DNA from: the human T2T-CHM13v2.0 reference genome, Homo sapiens
Length of the DNA stretch: 64,000 bases
NCBI RefSeq assembly: GCF_009914755.1
Contig: NC_060938.1
Strand: one strand, 5' to 3'
Shown here: positions 40,297 through 53,793 of the stretch, piece by piece
How positions within the stretch are numbered: the stretch's first letter is position 1
Layout of the letters: every line of letters starts with the position of its first letter
The notes under the pieces: model-generated
Told to the model about the DNA's origin: nothing
What the model saw: only the letters and a program-made list of their open reading frames with translations
Database searches by the model: none
Program-made: the position numbers and the translations under genes

Positions 40297-41395
40297 TTTT
40301 AATTTTTTAATTGAATGATTAAGACAGTTATAGATTCACACAGAGAGATGCACACACCAGACATAACCATGATGTTGTACAATCCACTGATTCTATTCAG
40401 ATTTCCCCAGCTTTACTTGTATTCATTTGTATATGTATATATGTATTCAGTTCTACACAATTTTGTCATATTTGAAGGTTCATGATGAATTCACTACCAA
40501 GTCAAGTTATGGACAATTCCAACACCAGGATTCCTCATATAGCATCACTAATCAATCCTTTATTTCTAAAATGTCATCTAAAGAATTTCATATAAATGGA
40601 ATCCTGCAGTATATATCCTTTGGGGAGTAACTTTTTTTCACTCAGTATAACTCTCTAGAATTTAATCTAAATTGTTACCTGTATCAAACTATCAGTAGTT
40701 TCTCCTTATATTGCTTAGTGGTCTTACATGGAATGTTGTACCACAGTTTCTTTAATAATTCACCTGCTGAAGGACATCAGGGTTGTTTCCAGTTTTTGCT
40801 TACTCCAAATTAAGCTGCTCTGGGCATTTTTGTACATGTATTTTTGTAAACATAGTTTTCTTTCATCTGGGATAAACATCAAAGAGTTCAGTTACTAAGT
40901 CTCATGGTAATTGCATGTTTACTATTATAAGAAATTGCCAAACTTCCAGAGTCGCTGTACCATTTTACATTCCCATCAAGAAGATGTGAATGAATCAGTT
41001 TTTCCTCATCCTTGCCAACATTTGGTGGTATCACTATTTTTTTTTAATTTAAGCCATTTTAAAGGTGTGTAATGATGTCATTGGGGGTTTTCTTAGGTAC
41101 ATATCCCTGGTGGTTAATGATGTTCAACATATTTCCATGAGTGTGCTTTTCATCTGTTTATCATCTTGGTGAAAAGTCTGTTCAGTATTCTGTCAATTTT
41201 CAGGTTTTTATATGTTGAATTCTGAGATTTCTTAGATACTAGTCTTTTTCCTAACATTTTCTCCCAATGTGTAGCTTGTCTTTTTGTCTTCTTCACATGG
41301 CCTTTCATGGAGCAAAATATTTTTTATTTTGTTGAAGTCAATTTATTAATAATTTCATTCATGGATTATTCCTTTGGTGTCAGTCTAAATACTCT
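40297..41395 (-). mobile_element. L1MC1-like 3' fragment
   Basis: cagatttccccag..ttctacacaatttt..gtcaag..aagaatttcatataaatggaatc..cacctgctgaaggacat, then distal ORF2 homology. Confidence 0.7.
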
Positions 41396-41447
41396 TGTTA
41401 GCGCATTTTTTAAACAAGTATTTATTTTAAAAAACTATTACTTAGAC

Positions 41448-41625
41448 CAGTGGCTCTTAGACCTTTGCAGGTGTAACAAACATTTATTGAAAAACTGACT
41501 TCTGAGATCTACCTCTAGAATTTCTGATTCGGTGGATTTGGGATTGGGGCTGAAGATAAGCATTCGTAATAAGCTTACAGGTGATATGATGCTGCTGGTT
41601 CACAGGAAGTATTTTGAGTATCCAT
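41448..41625. mobile_element. MER5A-like MITE
   Basis: cagtggctct..agaatttctgattc.gtgga..ggggctga..gcatt..caggtgat..gatgctgctggt..ttttgagta. Confidence 0.7.
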
Positions 41626-41994
41626 TTTTTAGATTTCTAGTCTTTCAGGTTTCATCGGAGATCAAGAATGGGAAAACTGAGACCTCAAATGTGATAACAC
41701 AAAACAAGCAAAACATTCTTATAGTTTTAAAGACATTTAATTTTTTAAAAAAATATCCAACCAAGACATTTGTTTGGAAATCCCCTTATTTGGTAAAGAT
41801 TACTTAGATTAAAAACTGATTGTATTTATATTTTTATATATTATCATCTTGTCCCCAGATAGAATTGCCTTTGGTACCATAGAGAATTCACCTGAGTTGC
41901 TATATGGTTCACAACTACTGTATCTCCTCTAACTTAAAGCTGGCAAAAAACATTACCTCAATTTGTCTTCTTGCAATATGGATCAAGGAGAACA

Positions 41995-42238
41995 TCACCT
42001 AACATTTTATAGAGCTTATTATGTGTTCTCTGCTAGATTCTTTATAGCCTTTATGTCAACGAATCCGCACAATTCTAAGTATTGTTCTATGTATTCTAAG
42101 TATTGGTTAGTGTGGAGAATACAGAGATTTAGAATGGGCTAACAGGTGTCTTCAAGGCCACTCATCTGATAAGGAATAAAGCAGGATTCATGCGTATGTG
42201 TTACTCTATTCTCCGTGCTCTCTTTAATATATTATGTT
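41995..42238 (-). mobile_element. MIR
   Basis: aacattt.atagagcttattatgtg..aatccgcacaa..caaggccac..gcaggattca..ccgtgctct. Confidence 0.65.
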
Positions 42239-44689
42239 ACATCGCAATTTTTTTAATTAAAAAATCGCGAGAGAAGTTTAATAAAATGTTAACATTTAAA
42301 AAAATTATAAAACAACTTTAGAATAAAAAGTATTATGATCTCATTGTATATACTTCTTTAAAAAAGTATTGATAAAGGTAAAAGAATGTGGTAGATATAA
42401 TCAATTTACATGCTACAACCTTCTGCGTCCTTATAAAGTCAATGTCGGATAATTCACACATTGGACCTTTCCCTCATTTGTGTTGCCATAGACACTAAAC
42501 AATAGGTTTTCCTGGCACTTAGCTTTTGCTCTGATTTAGGGGTGCTGTGTGGACACAATATTTGGACTTTGGAATCTCAACAGAAATCTAGAATGTCAGA
42601 AATAAATCTCAGAAGAAAATATAGAAATATTTCAGTCTTGATATTTCAAAAGTGTCTGAAAAAGTTTTATTACCACCGTCTCTTGAGAAACACCAATAGG
42701 CGTCCTTAAAAAGATTCTTATTGTAGGAAGGGTAATGTTCTCAAAATTTTTAATCAATATTACATTTTTAGAATAAACATAAATTGCAAATTTCCCTTTT
42801 AGAACTCAAACTTATTACCATCATATTGACAACACAGGAGCTAGATAGTTTTTATGACAAAGCTCTTATCTATAGGAAATTAAAGTCCACACATTCTTTG
42901 ATTCTTTGCATTATCTATAATCAAAAACAGTCCCTGCCCATCTTTGTTTAGCTTGTTGAATAATATTCAATAAAAAAGAAAGATATTTGCAATTTTAAAG
43001 GTGAGTAATAGCAGGTAAATTCTATACTAAATTATATAGAATAAAAGAGAAAAAATTAATATTAAAGTTTTCTGAAAAAGACATTTTTAAAAATTTCAAA
43101 GTGACATACAACTTAATTTTCAATTAGACGTGTTTTTGGGAAGGTGAAACAATATAAGAAAAACCATTGAGAATAGTTTTCAGGAAAATAATACTATCTA
43201 CAATATAACTTCCTCAATTAAGTTTACCAAGCAATTAACTGAAGCAAAATGCATTTTAAATTGTCATGATTTACTACAGACAAAATAAAACACTATTTTA
43301 TTTTAATATACAGAACTAAAGAAAAAATGTTATTTTTGTATTACTGATTTGTAATGAACTGAAAGATGCCTATGAATCTCATGAATTCTTAACCTGGAAA
43401 ACTCTGGAAAATATTTCACAGTATTCAGAAGTCATTTTTAAGAGCAGAATGTGGATTAAATTTTTTATCTCTTTTATGAGCACCCTCCTCATCCTCCAAG
43501 CACTGCACTCAGTAGGTACTTAATAAAATATTCAACATTGCAGAGAAAATTTGGGCTAACAGAAAGCCTGTTAACTGGAGATCTTTTCCAGATAAAGTTA
43601 AGGGGTCAATGAAGATCATGACATGTTAAAAACATTTCAAGATGAAGGAATTTTTCTTAAGAAAAAAAAAATCAGTTTATAATTGCTTCCAAAATAATAG
43701 TCTCTTTCACAAAGATTTTTTTTAAATCTTCCTTTGACACTCCCATTCCAAATACAATGGAAGTTGTATTTAAATGTTCCTATGAAATTTGTATTGGTTT
43801 TCATCAAAATAAGCTTTTTTCTCATTAAAGTGAACTGTGGCATTCCAAAGAACTAACAGAGAGAAGGTGCCATTCTTACTCTTTACTAAATTCCTTTTCC
43901 AGTTTCTTAATTTGAAGCTTTGGATCTGAATACATTTGGCAACAACTCACAAAACATGAAATTTGTTGGCTGAGAAGTAATGCTATCTATTCCAGCCTAA
44001 CTACAAACAGAAGAACATTTCTTTGTGTGGCTGCTATGGAGAAGATATTTTGAGCAGCTGTAACAAAGATTGCAATAAAAATTGGAGGTCAAATTGTCTT
44101 TATTCCAGATTAGAGAGCTCAGCATTTTTAATGTTCAGCACTGAGAAACAACACACCATAATAAGCTTTAGGTTTCCTGTTTGCAATTTCCCACAGTACC
44201 AATTACCATCAGTGCAGTGGTGCACTCAGTGGATTATTTTGGGGCTATTTTAGAGCCAGCCATTAAGAAACTTTTGCTGAATTTGAACTTCTCTACCTAA
44301 ACCATAATACTACTACTAATAATGATACATAATGCTTAATATTAAGAATAGCAGCACATATTTTTGAGCACCAGCATATTGTATATTACATAACTTAAAC
44401 CCATGAGTTAGTTTAGATTGATATCCCTATTCAAAAGATATAGGACCTGCAGCTAAAAACAAAGTAAATTGATTTGTCATTAACAAAAACAGTCACATTG
44501 ATAATGTGCGACATAGTTTAGAGTGTAGTCTATGTGTTTTGGTATTTGTTTTCTATTTATAAGATACTTCCTTCTTATCTACTTTGATGACCCCCTTCTC
44601 TGAACTTCTTTGGTATATATGGGCAGACACTTTGTGTAGTTGCTTAATCACAAGTTGTTCTTTTCTTTCCCTGCATTCTTTGGGTAAAG

Positions 44690-44690
<1 letters not shown>

Positions 44691-44735
<45 letters not shown>

Positions 44736-44769
44736 CACACACACACTCTCTCTGTCTCTCCCTCTCTCT
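44691..44769. repeat. (CA)n followed by (CT)n microsatellite
   Basis: About 19 uninterrupted CA units, a ccc interruption, more CA, then CT repeats. Confidence 0.95.
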
Positions 44770-44894
44770 ACTGCAATTCTTGGAGTATGGACTAATAATA
44801 ATAGGAGGGCAAGGGAAAGCATAAAACTATGTTTTAAGGATCAAGAGTAAATATGATATATCATGTCTTTCATCATATTAAGCAGTAGTAAAAA

Positions 44895-45290
44895 TATGTC
44901 ATTTCTTTGGCTGTCCAGCACATCACCTTCCTCCTAAGCATCTTGATCTCCTCGGGGAAGTTTCCTTTACTTGGTTGGCATGCTTTCCTGGTGGAGAGTG
45001 GTCAGAGCAACTGGATCTTCCTCCTCCACACCTTCAGAGGAGTCACAATATCTGGGATTTTGTATTGTGAATGCAATGAGACTCTATTCTTCAGAGCTTA
45101 TTTTTTGCAGCAGCCAGGAAGCTGGAGTCTAGATAGACTGTTCTGTTGCTCTTTTGTTCTTCAGAGCTTGATTGGTTTTTATCCACCTGAGTTGGTTTCT
45201 CCAGCCTCCCAGGGACTCTCTGAAACACTGATAACTTTACAATAAATCCCCCTAAGCTCATATCAGCCACAGTGAAGCCAGAATCCTCTG
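44895..45290 (+). mobile_element. LTR33-like/ERVL-MaLR old LTR
   Basis: ggctgtccagcacatc..ttcc near the start and caataaatccccc.taag..agcca.ag near the end; degenerate. Confidence 0.35.
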
Positions 45291-45368
45291 GTGTGGCCCT
45301 GATGGGTATGTGCAGCAGACTTTTCTTCTGCTTTATCAGATCTTGAGCCATAATAATAAAAAGCTTAA

Positions 45369-45630
45369 ACCTTGGAAGGTTGAGGTGGGTGGGCCACCTG
45401 AGGTCAGGAGTTTAAGACCAGCCTGGCCAACATGGTGAAACCACATCTCTACTAAAAATACAAAAATTAGCTGCGCATGGTGGCATATGCCTGTAGTCCT
45501 CAGGAGGCTGAGGCAGGAACATTGCTTGAATCCAGGAGGTGGAGTTTGAAGTGAGCCGAGATCGTGCCACTGAATTCCAGCCTGGGCAACAGAGTGAGAC
45601 AGTGTCTCAAAATAATAATAATGATTATTA
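45369..45630 (+). mobile_element. 5'-truncated AluSx-like
   Basis: Starts about 35 nt into the consensus; cacctgaggtcaggag; short deletion at cccagctact; (AAT)n tail; TSD TAATAAA(A/G)AGCTT(A/G)A at 45354-45368 and 45631-45645. Confidence 0.9.
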
Positions 45631-46089
45631 TAATAAAGAGCTTGACTCTCATTAGCAATTACAAGTGTGCTGTTAACTCGAGGGGTGGGGCAGAGGAACC
45701 ACAATATACGGGTTCCTTAACTTTTCTTATGAGCTTGAATAATAAAAGGAATGTACTGTTTGTCAGGAGACATATAGTTGAAGGTCAAAGAGATATTTTA
45801 AAGCAGTAAAGAGAGAGCACGTGATTAGCAAATAGCAGTCTGTCCTCAAGTCAAAGAATTGTCACTTATTCCAGGATAGAAAATTGGCAAGTCTTGTTAT
45901 TGCTTGAGTGCATTTCATAATCCACGTAGTGAGAGGTGGTGACATAGTTTTTTTTTTTTAATCTCAGGCCTTAATAGATTTATTATTCATTATTAAATGT
46001 ATACTGAAGAAATCAGACTATGTTTTTACCAGTGGAAGAAAAATGAATATAAATTTATGAAGTATATTAGGTATGCTTACAAAATAGAT

Positions 46090-46570
46090 ATGTTTGACTG
46101 TTGAACAACACAGGGCTTAGAAGCACTGATTCCCTGAAGAGTCAAAAATCTACATATAACTTATCTCACCAAAAACTTTATAACTAATAGACTACTGTTG
46201 ACCAGAAGCCTTACTGATAACATAAGCAGTCCATGAATAAATATTTTGTATGTTTTACGTATTATATACTATATTCTTAAAGTAAACTAAAAAGAATGTT
46301 ATTAAGAGAATAATAAGGATGAGAAAATATATTTACCATTTATTAAGTGGAAGTGGATCACCATTAAGCTTTTGATAAATCTTGACTTTCTATAATAAAT
46401 TATATGGATTTTAAGGCAATAAATGATAAAAAAGACTAGTATCTACATGTATTTTATGCATTCATGACATAATTTAGTAGTTTAGTCTTGGTACTGTATA
46501 TAATGAGACAATTTGTAGGGGATTTCAAAGTTAATCATCAGCCTTTAAATTCAAGTTGAAATATACTGTA
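46090..46570. mobile_element. Tigger2-derived element (Tigger2a/2b-like)
   Basis: ttgaacaacacaggg..ctaatagactactgttgaccagaagccttactgataacataa..ttaagtggaagtggatca; right end degenerate. Confidence 0.8.
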
Positions 46571-47412
46571 TATACTGACAAATTGTCATGATTTCAAGCA
46601 GGTTTGCTAACTGCTTGGATTCTGGATGCCTGATGCAAGCTCTTAGTGCTCAGTGCAGCTGGGCACACTTCCATGGGATCATCTGTCTCCACTGAAGACC
46701 CCTTTACAATGATTTATATTTGAAGCTAAATGATGTCTCTTTATTAACAGAGAATACCAGCCTTTGCAATCTATTAAGTGAATATCCTACTTTACACATA
46801 TATTTCTGTGAAAGATCTACTATCATCTGTGGAAAAATGTGAGAAATCAATTTGATCATCATATTTAATATGTATTTATTAAGGCTTATTTTGTGCTGGT
46901 CATAATGGAGAATCAAAGGTGCTAGACTGCGTTCTTGCGCTCAGTGAACGTATCTTCTATTTGGAGAGGCACCCAGGATCACAGAGAGCCTAATAAGCCA
47001 AAAAAAAGGAATCCTTAATGCTAACTCACAGGATTAAAAGAAGGCTTAGTGGATGAAGGACAATTAGAAGTAGGTTTTGAATGGGTAGAAATGTCATGGG
47101 AAGAGACAAAGTATAAGGGAAAAAGTCATTAAAAACACTAATACATAAAGACACATGCTTATCTGGGATGCAACATAGTTCTAAGATGATGAACAATAGA
47201 ATTAGAGGAGTAAGTTTTAATAAGATAAAGTTTTTGAACACAAAATAACAAGTATATCTTATATGTAAAAGTTTAGCTTAGAGAAAGAGGTAGAGTTGCT
47301 GAAGATCCGTAAGACAGTTTTTAATCTAGTAGGTGAAACAGTGTTGAGAGGATTTGTTAACCCTCAAAATTGTATGCAAAAATGTTTTCTATGAATTTTT
47401 CAACTTGAATTC

Positions 47413-47715
47413 TGCTATGAATTGAATGTTTGTCCTCTTCCAAGATTAATGCTGAAACTTAATCCCCAAAGCAATAGTATTAAGAGGTGGGACCTCTAGG
47501 ATGTGAGGACACAGTGTTTCATCTCTTTTGATCTTATGTTATGTCAGGACATAAGGAAGCTGCCATCTTTGAGGAGCCAGCCCTCACCAGACACTGAATC
47601 TGCTGTAGCCTTGATGTTGGATTTCCAGTTTCCAGAACTGTGAGACATAAAATGTCTGTTGTTTATAAATTACCCAGCCTGGTATTTCGTTATAGCAGCC
47701 TGACAAACTAAGACA
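47413..47715 (+). mobile_element. MSTD/MLT1A-like MaLR solo LTR
   Basis: TGCTATG..gaatgtttgtcc..ccctcaccagacactgaatctgctg..ccagaactgtgaga..gtttataaattacccag..gttatagcagc..actaagACA. Confidence 0.85.
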
Positions 47716-47879
47716 GTCTGTGACTTCTCAAAATTGTAAATATTTGCTCTAAGGTCATCCAGAATCCATAAATGGGAAAATAAAGTCTCTATTTTAGTAT
47801 ATTAAATGTTTGGCAACTTAGTTGTTAAAATCATACATTTGAGAGTAAACTCTGACCCTATGTTCTAAATCACTAAATT

Positions 47880-48525
47880 TTGTCCATGCTATTTTCAAAA
47901 ACAAACCAGTAAAGTCTTTATGTCTTTGCATCTCTACTGATAACCCGCTTACCTAAATCCCCATTTTTCTCTCACCTGGATTAGTTAAATTATCTCCTAA
48001 TGGTTGTATCTCTTATCCATTTTCAGTGTACTTTTTAAGGAAATAAATCAGCTCCTACCTTGCTCCTTCTTAAAATTCTTCAATATCATTCTTTGATTTA
48101 CAATGCAATTCAAGGTCTGCAACAGGATGACCTATTAATCCTACCTCCCACCACTTTTTCTCTCTCTACTCCAACTCCAGTAGTAATCTGAGTTAGTTTT
48201 CATTTTCTCAGACACAGACGCTGATAATCAATATAGGAAGTTCACATTTTTTGCTCCTACCACAAGCACTTTTCCTAGTTTAAACGTAACATCCTCAGAG
48301 GCTCTACTTTAAGCCCAAGTCTAAATTACCTCTTGTTATGAATCAGAACACTCTGCTATTTATCTTTATACTATACATCATAAAATGTACTATTGTTATG
48401 TTTGTCTCTTTCTAAAAGAAGGCCAGGTAAGACAGGGTATCATCGACCATATTTCATTCATCATTTGATATCCAACATCAACTATATTGCCAACTACCCA
48501 CTAGATGCTCAGTAAGTGTGTGTGC
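47880..48525 (+). mobile_element. L2 3' fragment
   Basis: tctctcacctggatta..ctcctaa.tggt..cttaaaattcttcaat..catcctcagagg..tagatgctcagtaa. Confidence 0.6.
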
Positions 48526-48627
48526 ACTTGAGATAATTGATAAACTTGCCTTCCCAAAATTTCTCTAATTACTATATAGGCAATGTACATTAAGAGGCAA
48601 TATCATCCACTTGTAATACCTTTGAAA

Positions 48628-49116
48628 AAGGCAAGGAATCCCCTAAAGATGTCCATACACTAATCCACAAAATCTGTAAATATGCTACATTAGATGGTTA
48701 AAGGGACTTTCTAGCTGTAAATAAGGGTAGGGAACTTGTGGTGGGGAGATTATCCTGCGTTATTCAGATATGTCCAATATTATTACAAAGGTCCTTAAAA
48801 ACGGAGGCAGAAAAGGACAGTCAGAAGAAATGTAACCTCAAAGAATGATTAGAGACAGAGAGAGAGAGAGAGAGAGGCCTTAAGGATCAAGGAAAAAATC
48901 ATGAGCCAAGGAATGTGGGCAACTCTTAACAGCTGAAAAAGACACAGAAATTGATCCCCTAAAACCTCCTGAGAGAAATGCAGTCCTGTCAATATCTTAA
49001 TGTTAGCCCACTGATACCTATATTAGACTTCTACCCTCCAGAACTATATGATAATAAGTGTGTTTTTTGAGCCTCTATGATTGTGGTAATTTGTTACTGC
49101 AGTAATAGAAAACAGA
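48628..49116 (+). mobile_element. MLT1D-like MaLR LTR
   Basis: aaagatgtcca..ctgtaaatatg..aagggacttt..ggggagattatcctg..catgagccaaggaatgtgggc..ctccagaact..gtggtaatttgttactgcagtaatagaaaac. Confidence 0.85.
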
Positions 49117-50011
49117 AAAGGCACCTTTAATTAAATGCTTTCTGAGTAGTACTTTATTACCATATATAGGAGTTCCTGAACCTTTTCTCAGTCTCTAAGT
49201 AAAAAAATACTCAGCAATAGAGCTATAGAATCATTCTAAGTCTCTAAGTCTTGCTTTATATATTTTTTAAGGTCCTGGGACAGGTCACACCTTGGCCCTA
49301 ATTGTTCACACTCAGTTCATTTCAAGGCAAATAAAACAAGTTACTAGCTCATTAGCTGATTGAAAATTAGATGCCTATTTATTAGCACCTAGTTTCCAGG
49401 TTGAATTATAGCTGTTTAAAAGAGAGACAGCCAGCAGCTGTAATTCTGAGCACCTCTTGCTATTCAGAGAAACCATGGCTTATCACTAAGCTATCCTTGT
49501 CAAGAATGACCATCAAAGTAATCAGCCACAGAGTACTACCTACATTTTAGAAAAGGTGAACTATTTGGGTCAACAGCAAAGGGGAGCTTGGGATCTATTT
49601 GCTTTCTTTTTTCTCCTCATTTTGGTTTTTTGTTTGAAAATTCATTGCATTGTTTTCTGCTTTGATTTACCACGCTTTACAAAATAAATTTCAAAGAAAA
49701 ATTGATAGAAGTATTTCCATGCCTTCCTCCTCAGAGGAGTCTTCCAAGATCTCTATAAAGTACTTCCTCTGTGGGAACAGAGCACACAATATAGATCTTA
49801 CTGTACTCCACTGAAAGAGATATTTCAGTGAAGTCTCACTCTCAACTCCTGTTCCTAAGTGTTAAATTCTTTATGACATCTTTTCTCTTAAGCCCCTTCT
49901 AGCCATTCAACAAAGTTAAAGCTTCTGTAAAATGAAAATTCTATGGCCTGAATTAAAAGAGGCCTTGAAGAACATCTAGTCAGCCCCATGAGGACTTCTA
50001 ATGACTTTTCC

Positions 50012-50186
50012 ATTTAATTACACTTGATGAGAGGGAAGAGTCTAAACCCACAGCTCTGTTCCGATATTTCTAGAAAGGCTTATATTTTCCTCAAAAATTT
50101 AACTACACTTGTTGAAAGAGAAGAGTTTAAACCCAGAGTTCTGTTCTGATATTTCTAGAAAGGGTTATATTTTCCTCAAAAATTTA
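50012..50186. repeat. Direct tandem duplication, 2 x 85 bp
   Basis: Copies start at 50012 and 50097; I count 9 substitutions; ATTTA occurs at both unit ends. Confidence 0.92.
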
Positions 50187-50483
50187 TAAAAACTTTGACA
50201 TCCTTGACAGTATACATTTGTGTCTGCTATATTTTAACTATAGTGCCTCCTCAGTCTCCTTCAAAATTTTAGGTTTAATAGTTTCTAAGATGACGCATCA
50301 CATTTTTCTTACATTCCTTGATGTATTACTGAATTATTCAATTTGAAAAACATTTCCTTATATTTATATGTGTCATGAACTGACAACAAGTAGTATGTAT
50401 GACTGAGTAGGTTGTGTACATCTGACCCATAATATAATTACAGAATAATTGAAATATGTAACGATGTTAAAAAGTCTGCCATT

Positions 50484-51745
50484 GCAAACCTAACAAAAAC
50501 AAGCAATGGGGAAAAAGAATTCCCTATTTAATAAATGGTGCTGGGAGAACTCGCTAGCTATATACAGAATTTTGAAAGCAAACCCATTCCTTACACCTTA
50601 TATAAAAATTAACTCAAAATGGATTAAAAACATAAATATAAAATGCAAAACCATAAAAACCCTAGAAGAAAATCTGGGCAATACTATTCAGGGCATTGTT
50701 GTCCGCAAAGATTTCATGATAAAAATGCCAAAAACAATTGCAACAAAACGAAAAATTGACAAATTGGATCTAATTAAAGAGCTGCTGCACAGCAAAAGAA
50801 ATTATCATCAGAGTGAACAAGCAACCTACAGAATGAGAGAAAATTTTTGCAGTCTATCAGACAAAGGTCTAATATCCAGAATCTACAAGGAACTGAAACA
50901 AATTTACAAGAAAAAAAAAGTGGGTAAAAGACATGAACAGACACTTCTCAGAAGACATACGTGCGGCTAACAAACATATGAAAAAAAGCTCAATATCACT
51001 GATTATTAGAAAAATGCAAATCAAAACCACAATGAGATACCATCTCAAGCCAGTCAGAATGGCAATTATTAAAAAGTCAAAAAACGACAGATGCTGATGA
51101 GGTTGCAGAGAAAAAGAAATGCTTTAGGTGGGAATGTAAATTAATTCAGCCATTGTAGAAGACAGTGTGGCAATTCCTCAAAGATATAGAGGCAGAAATA
51201 ACATTTGACCCAATAATCTCATTACTGGGTATACACCCAAAGGAATAAAAAACATTCTATTATAAAGATACATGCATGCTTATGTTCATTGCAGCAGTGT
51301 TGACAATAGCAAAGACATGGAATCAACCCAAATGTCCATCAATGATAGACTGGATAAAGAAAATGTGGTACATATACCCCCCATGGAATACTATGCAGCC
51401 ATAAAAGAAATGAAATCATGTCCTTTGCAGGGACATGGGTGGAGCTGGAAGCCACTATCCTCAGAAAACTACTGCAGGAATAGAAAACCAAACACTGCAT
51501 GTTCTCACATATAAGTGGGAGCTGAATGATGAGAACACATGAAACATGAGGGGTAACAACACACACTAGGGCCTGTCGGGGTTGGGGGATGTGGGGAAGG
51601 ACAGCATCAGGAAAAATAGCCAAAGGATGCTGGGCTTAATACCTAGGTGATGGGATGATCTGTGCAGCAAACCACCGTGGTACATGTTGACCTATGTAAC
51701 ACACCTGCACATACTGCACATGTACCCTGAACTTAAAAGTTAAAT
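50484..51745 (+). mobile_element. 5'-truncated LINE-1, L1PA11-14-like
   Basis: Distal ORF2 (ORF 50506-50970) and 3'UTR gggcttaatacctaggtgatgggatgatctgtgcagcaaaccacc; TSD AAAAAGTCT(G/A)CCATT at 50469-50483 and 51746-51760 with a TT/AAAA cut site. Confidence 0.93.
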
Positions 51746-52037
51746 AAAAAGTCTACCATTCAAGGATGAGCACTCAGTACTAAACTAATATATGTCTCCA
51801 TGGGCCACATATTTCAATGTGAATAATTTTTACAAATTGGCATAAATAGAGTAGTATGGTTGCATTTTTCAGAATTAGTGTGAAGCAATGAGCAGAAAAG
51901 ATTGGAACAGAATGTTGAGGAAGGAAAGAGGTGTCTAGCGGTTTGAGACTTTCATACAATGGCGTTGGAAATTCACTGGCAAGTGAAGGAGCCATTTTAG
52001 TTTTGACAGTTAAGCACCTGTGATACTGACCTGCAAC

Positions 52038-52221
52038 AGCGATTCTCACACTATCAGAATAGATCACACAGCATCAGAACTGCTCAGGGGTCTTGTTCCT
52101 GGATTCTATCCTGGGGTTTCTGATTCAGTAGGTGTCAGGTGGAGATGAAAATTAGCATTTCTCATGAGTTCTTAAGTGGTGCTGACACTACTTTTCCAGA
52201 GATAACACTTTGAGAACTACT
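52038..52221. mobile_element. MER5A-like MITE
   Basis: cagcgattctca..gcatcagaa..gtttctgattcagtagg..gcatttct..cactttgagaactact. Confidence 0.75.
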
Positions 52222-52335
52222 AAGCTAAAGGAACTGAGCAGGTGAATTTGGTCTGGTTTATTTTTAACTATGTAATTGGGAACTCCAAGAAAGAAAAAAG
52301 AAGGTGGTAGCACTGTTTTTAGGCCAAGGTGGTAA

Positions 52336-52651
<316 letters not shown>

Positions 52652-52718
52652 AAAACACAATTTTTATAATCAATATTATAGATTAGTATCACACTAAATA
52701 GAATAAAATAGACCCTCA

Positions 52719-52721
<3 letters not shown>

Positions 52722-52767
<46 letters not shown>

Positions 52768-52843
52768 TACACACACACACACACATATATATACACACTA
52801 TACATATACACACATATATACTATATATACACATATATATATA
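52722..52843. repeat. Compound (TA)n/(CA)n microsatellite
   Basis: About 19 TA units, then CA units, then mixed TA/CA blocks over ~120 bp. Confidence 0.95.
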
Positions 52844-53241
52844 ATGTGCTTTTGCAAAGGCTGAACTAGACCATGTAGGATGATTTCATTGTTTTATCTT
52901 TTCCAAGTTTACTTTCCATAAGACATGTCTTTGTCCAAGAGGTGGTATATCTTACCTCCTTTCTTGTACAGTACTTTAAGGTTAGTGGAGGAATATATTT
53001 CAAACCCTGGGTTCTCGTGGTAAACATCTCTTTGGATGTATTTACAAAATGCCAAGTTCTAACTGTGGACTTTAATATTCTAATTATCCTCATAGATGAA
53101 TGAATTTTTACCACTACTCACCCAGGACTGTACATTATTAACAGAAAAGTTTCATCTTCAAGATTAGTTAGTGATACGTTAATGTTTTCTATTTTTTAAT
53201 GCTGCTTGCAGAACTTCAATAGCCTCCCATTGTCCTATACC

Positions 53242-53793
53242 TATAACTGAAGAACTTCAGACATACAGATGCAGTCCCCCTCTTTCTGTAGGTTCCTAAG
53301 GGAGGTATGTAATGAAGCCCTCAAGGTAGAACATACCCTAGTTTTCATAACACACTCACAGCATGGAAGCCAAGACAACTCCCTCTCAGATGCTAATCCA
53401 CCATGTTGACTTCTGAGGAAGCCCAGTTCTGAGACGGCCTCTAAGATTTCCAGTTTATCTGTTGTTCTTTATGTAAGAGCACATATTTACCATAAATCCT
53501 GCCCTTAGGTTAGGGCAGTCTTGATGTTATCATATTTCAGTTGTCTTACACATCCCTTCTGAATCACCCTTTCTCTATTATATATAAACCCAGGGTCTGG
53601 GGGTATCAGCATGGAGATCATGGGGATCCACCATCTTGTCTCATTGCAGTCCTAGACACAGACATGGCCTCTGTTTGTAAGTCCCTATTAAAGGTTTATT
53701 TATAAGAAACTGAGTATGTCACCCTCTTTTTCTGGCCCCTCAGTTTCCTTGGACTTCGGGGTAGGTTTGCATAGACCTGGCCACCGTGGAATA
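53242..53793 (+). mobile_element. ERV1 solo LTR, MER67-like (5' boundary uncertain)
   Basis: gatgctaatcc.ccat..tgacttctga, TATA box tatataaa followed by cccagggtctggggg, ggggatccaccatcttgtctc, poly(A) signal ATTAAA, U5 ggggtaggtttgcatagacc; possible 4-bp TSD tacc/tacg. Confidence 0.75.

Noticed and set aside
42995-43010. Isolated donor AAG|GTGAGT (similar ones near 40011, 48426, 54015, 63141)
   Set aside because: No convincing paired acceptor or ORF; expected by chance at this frequency.
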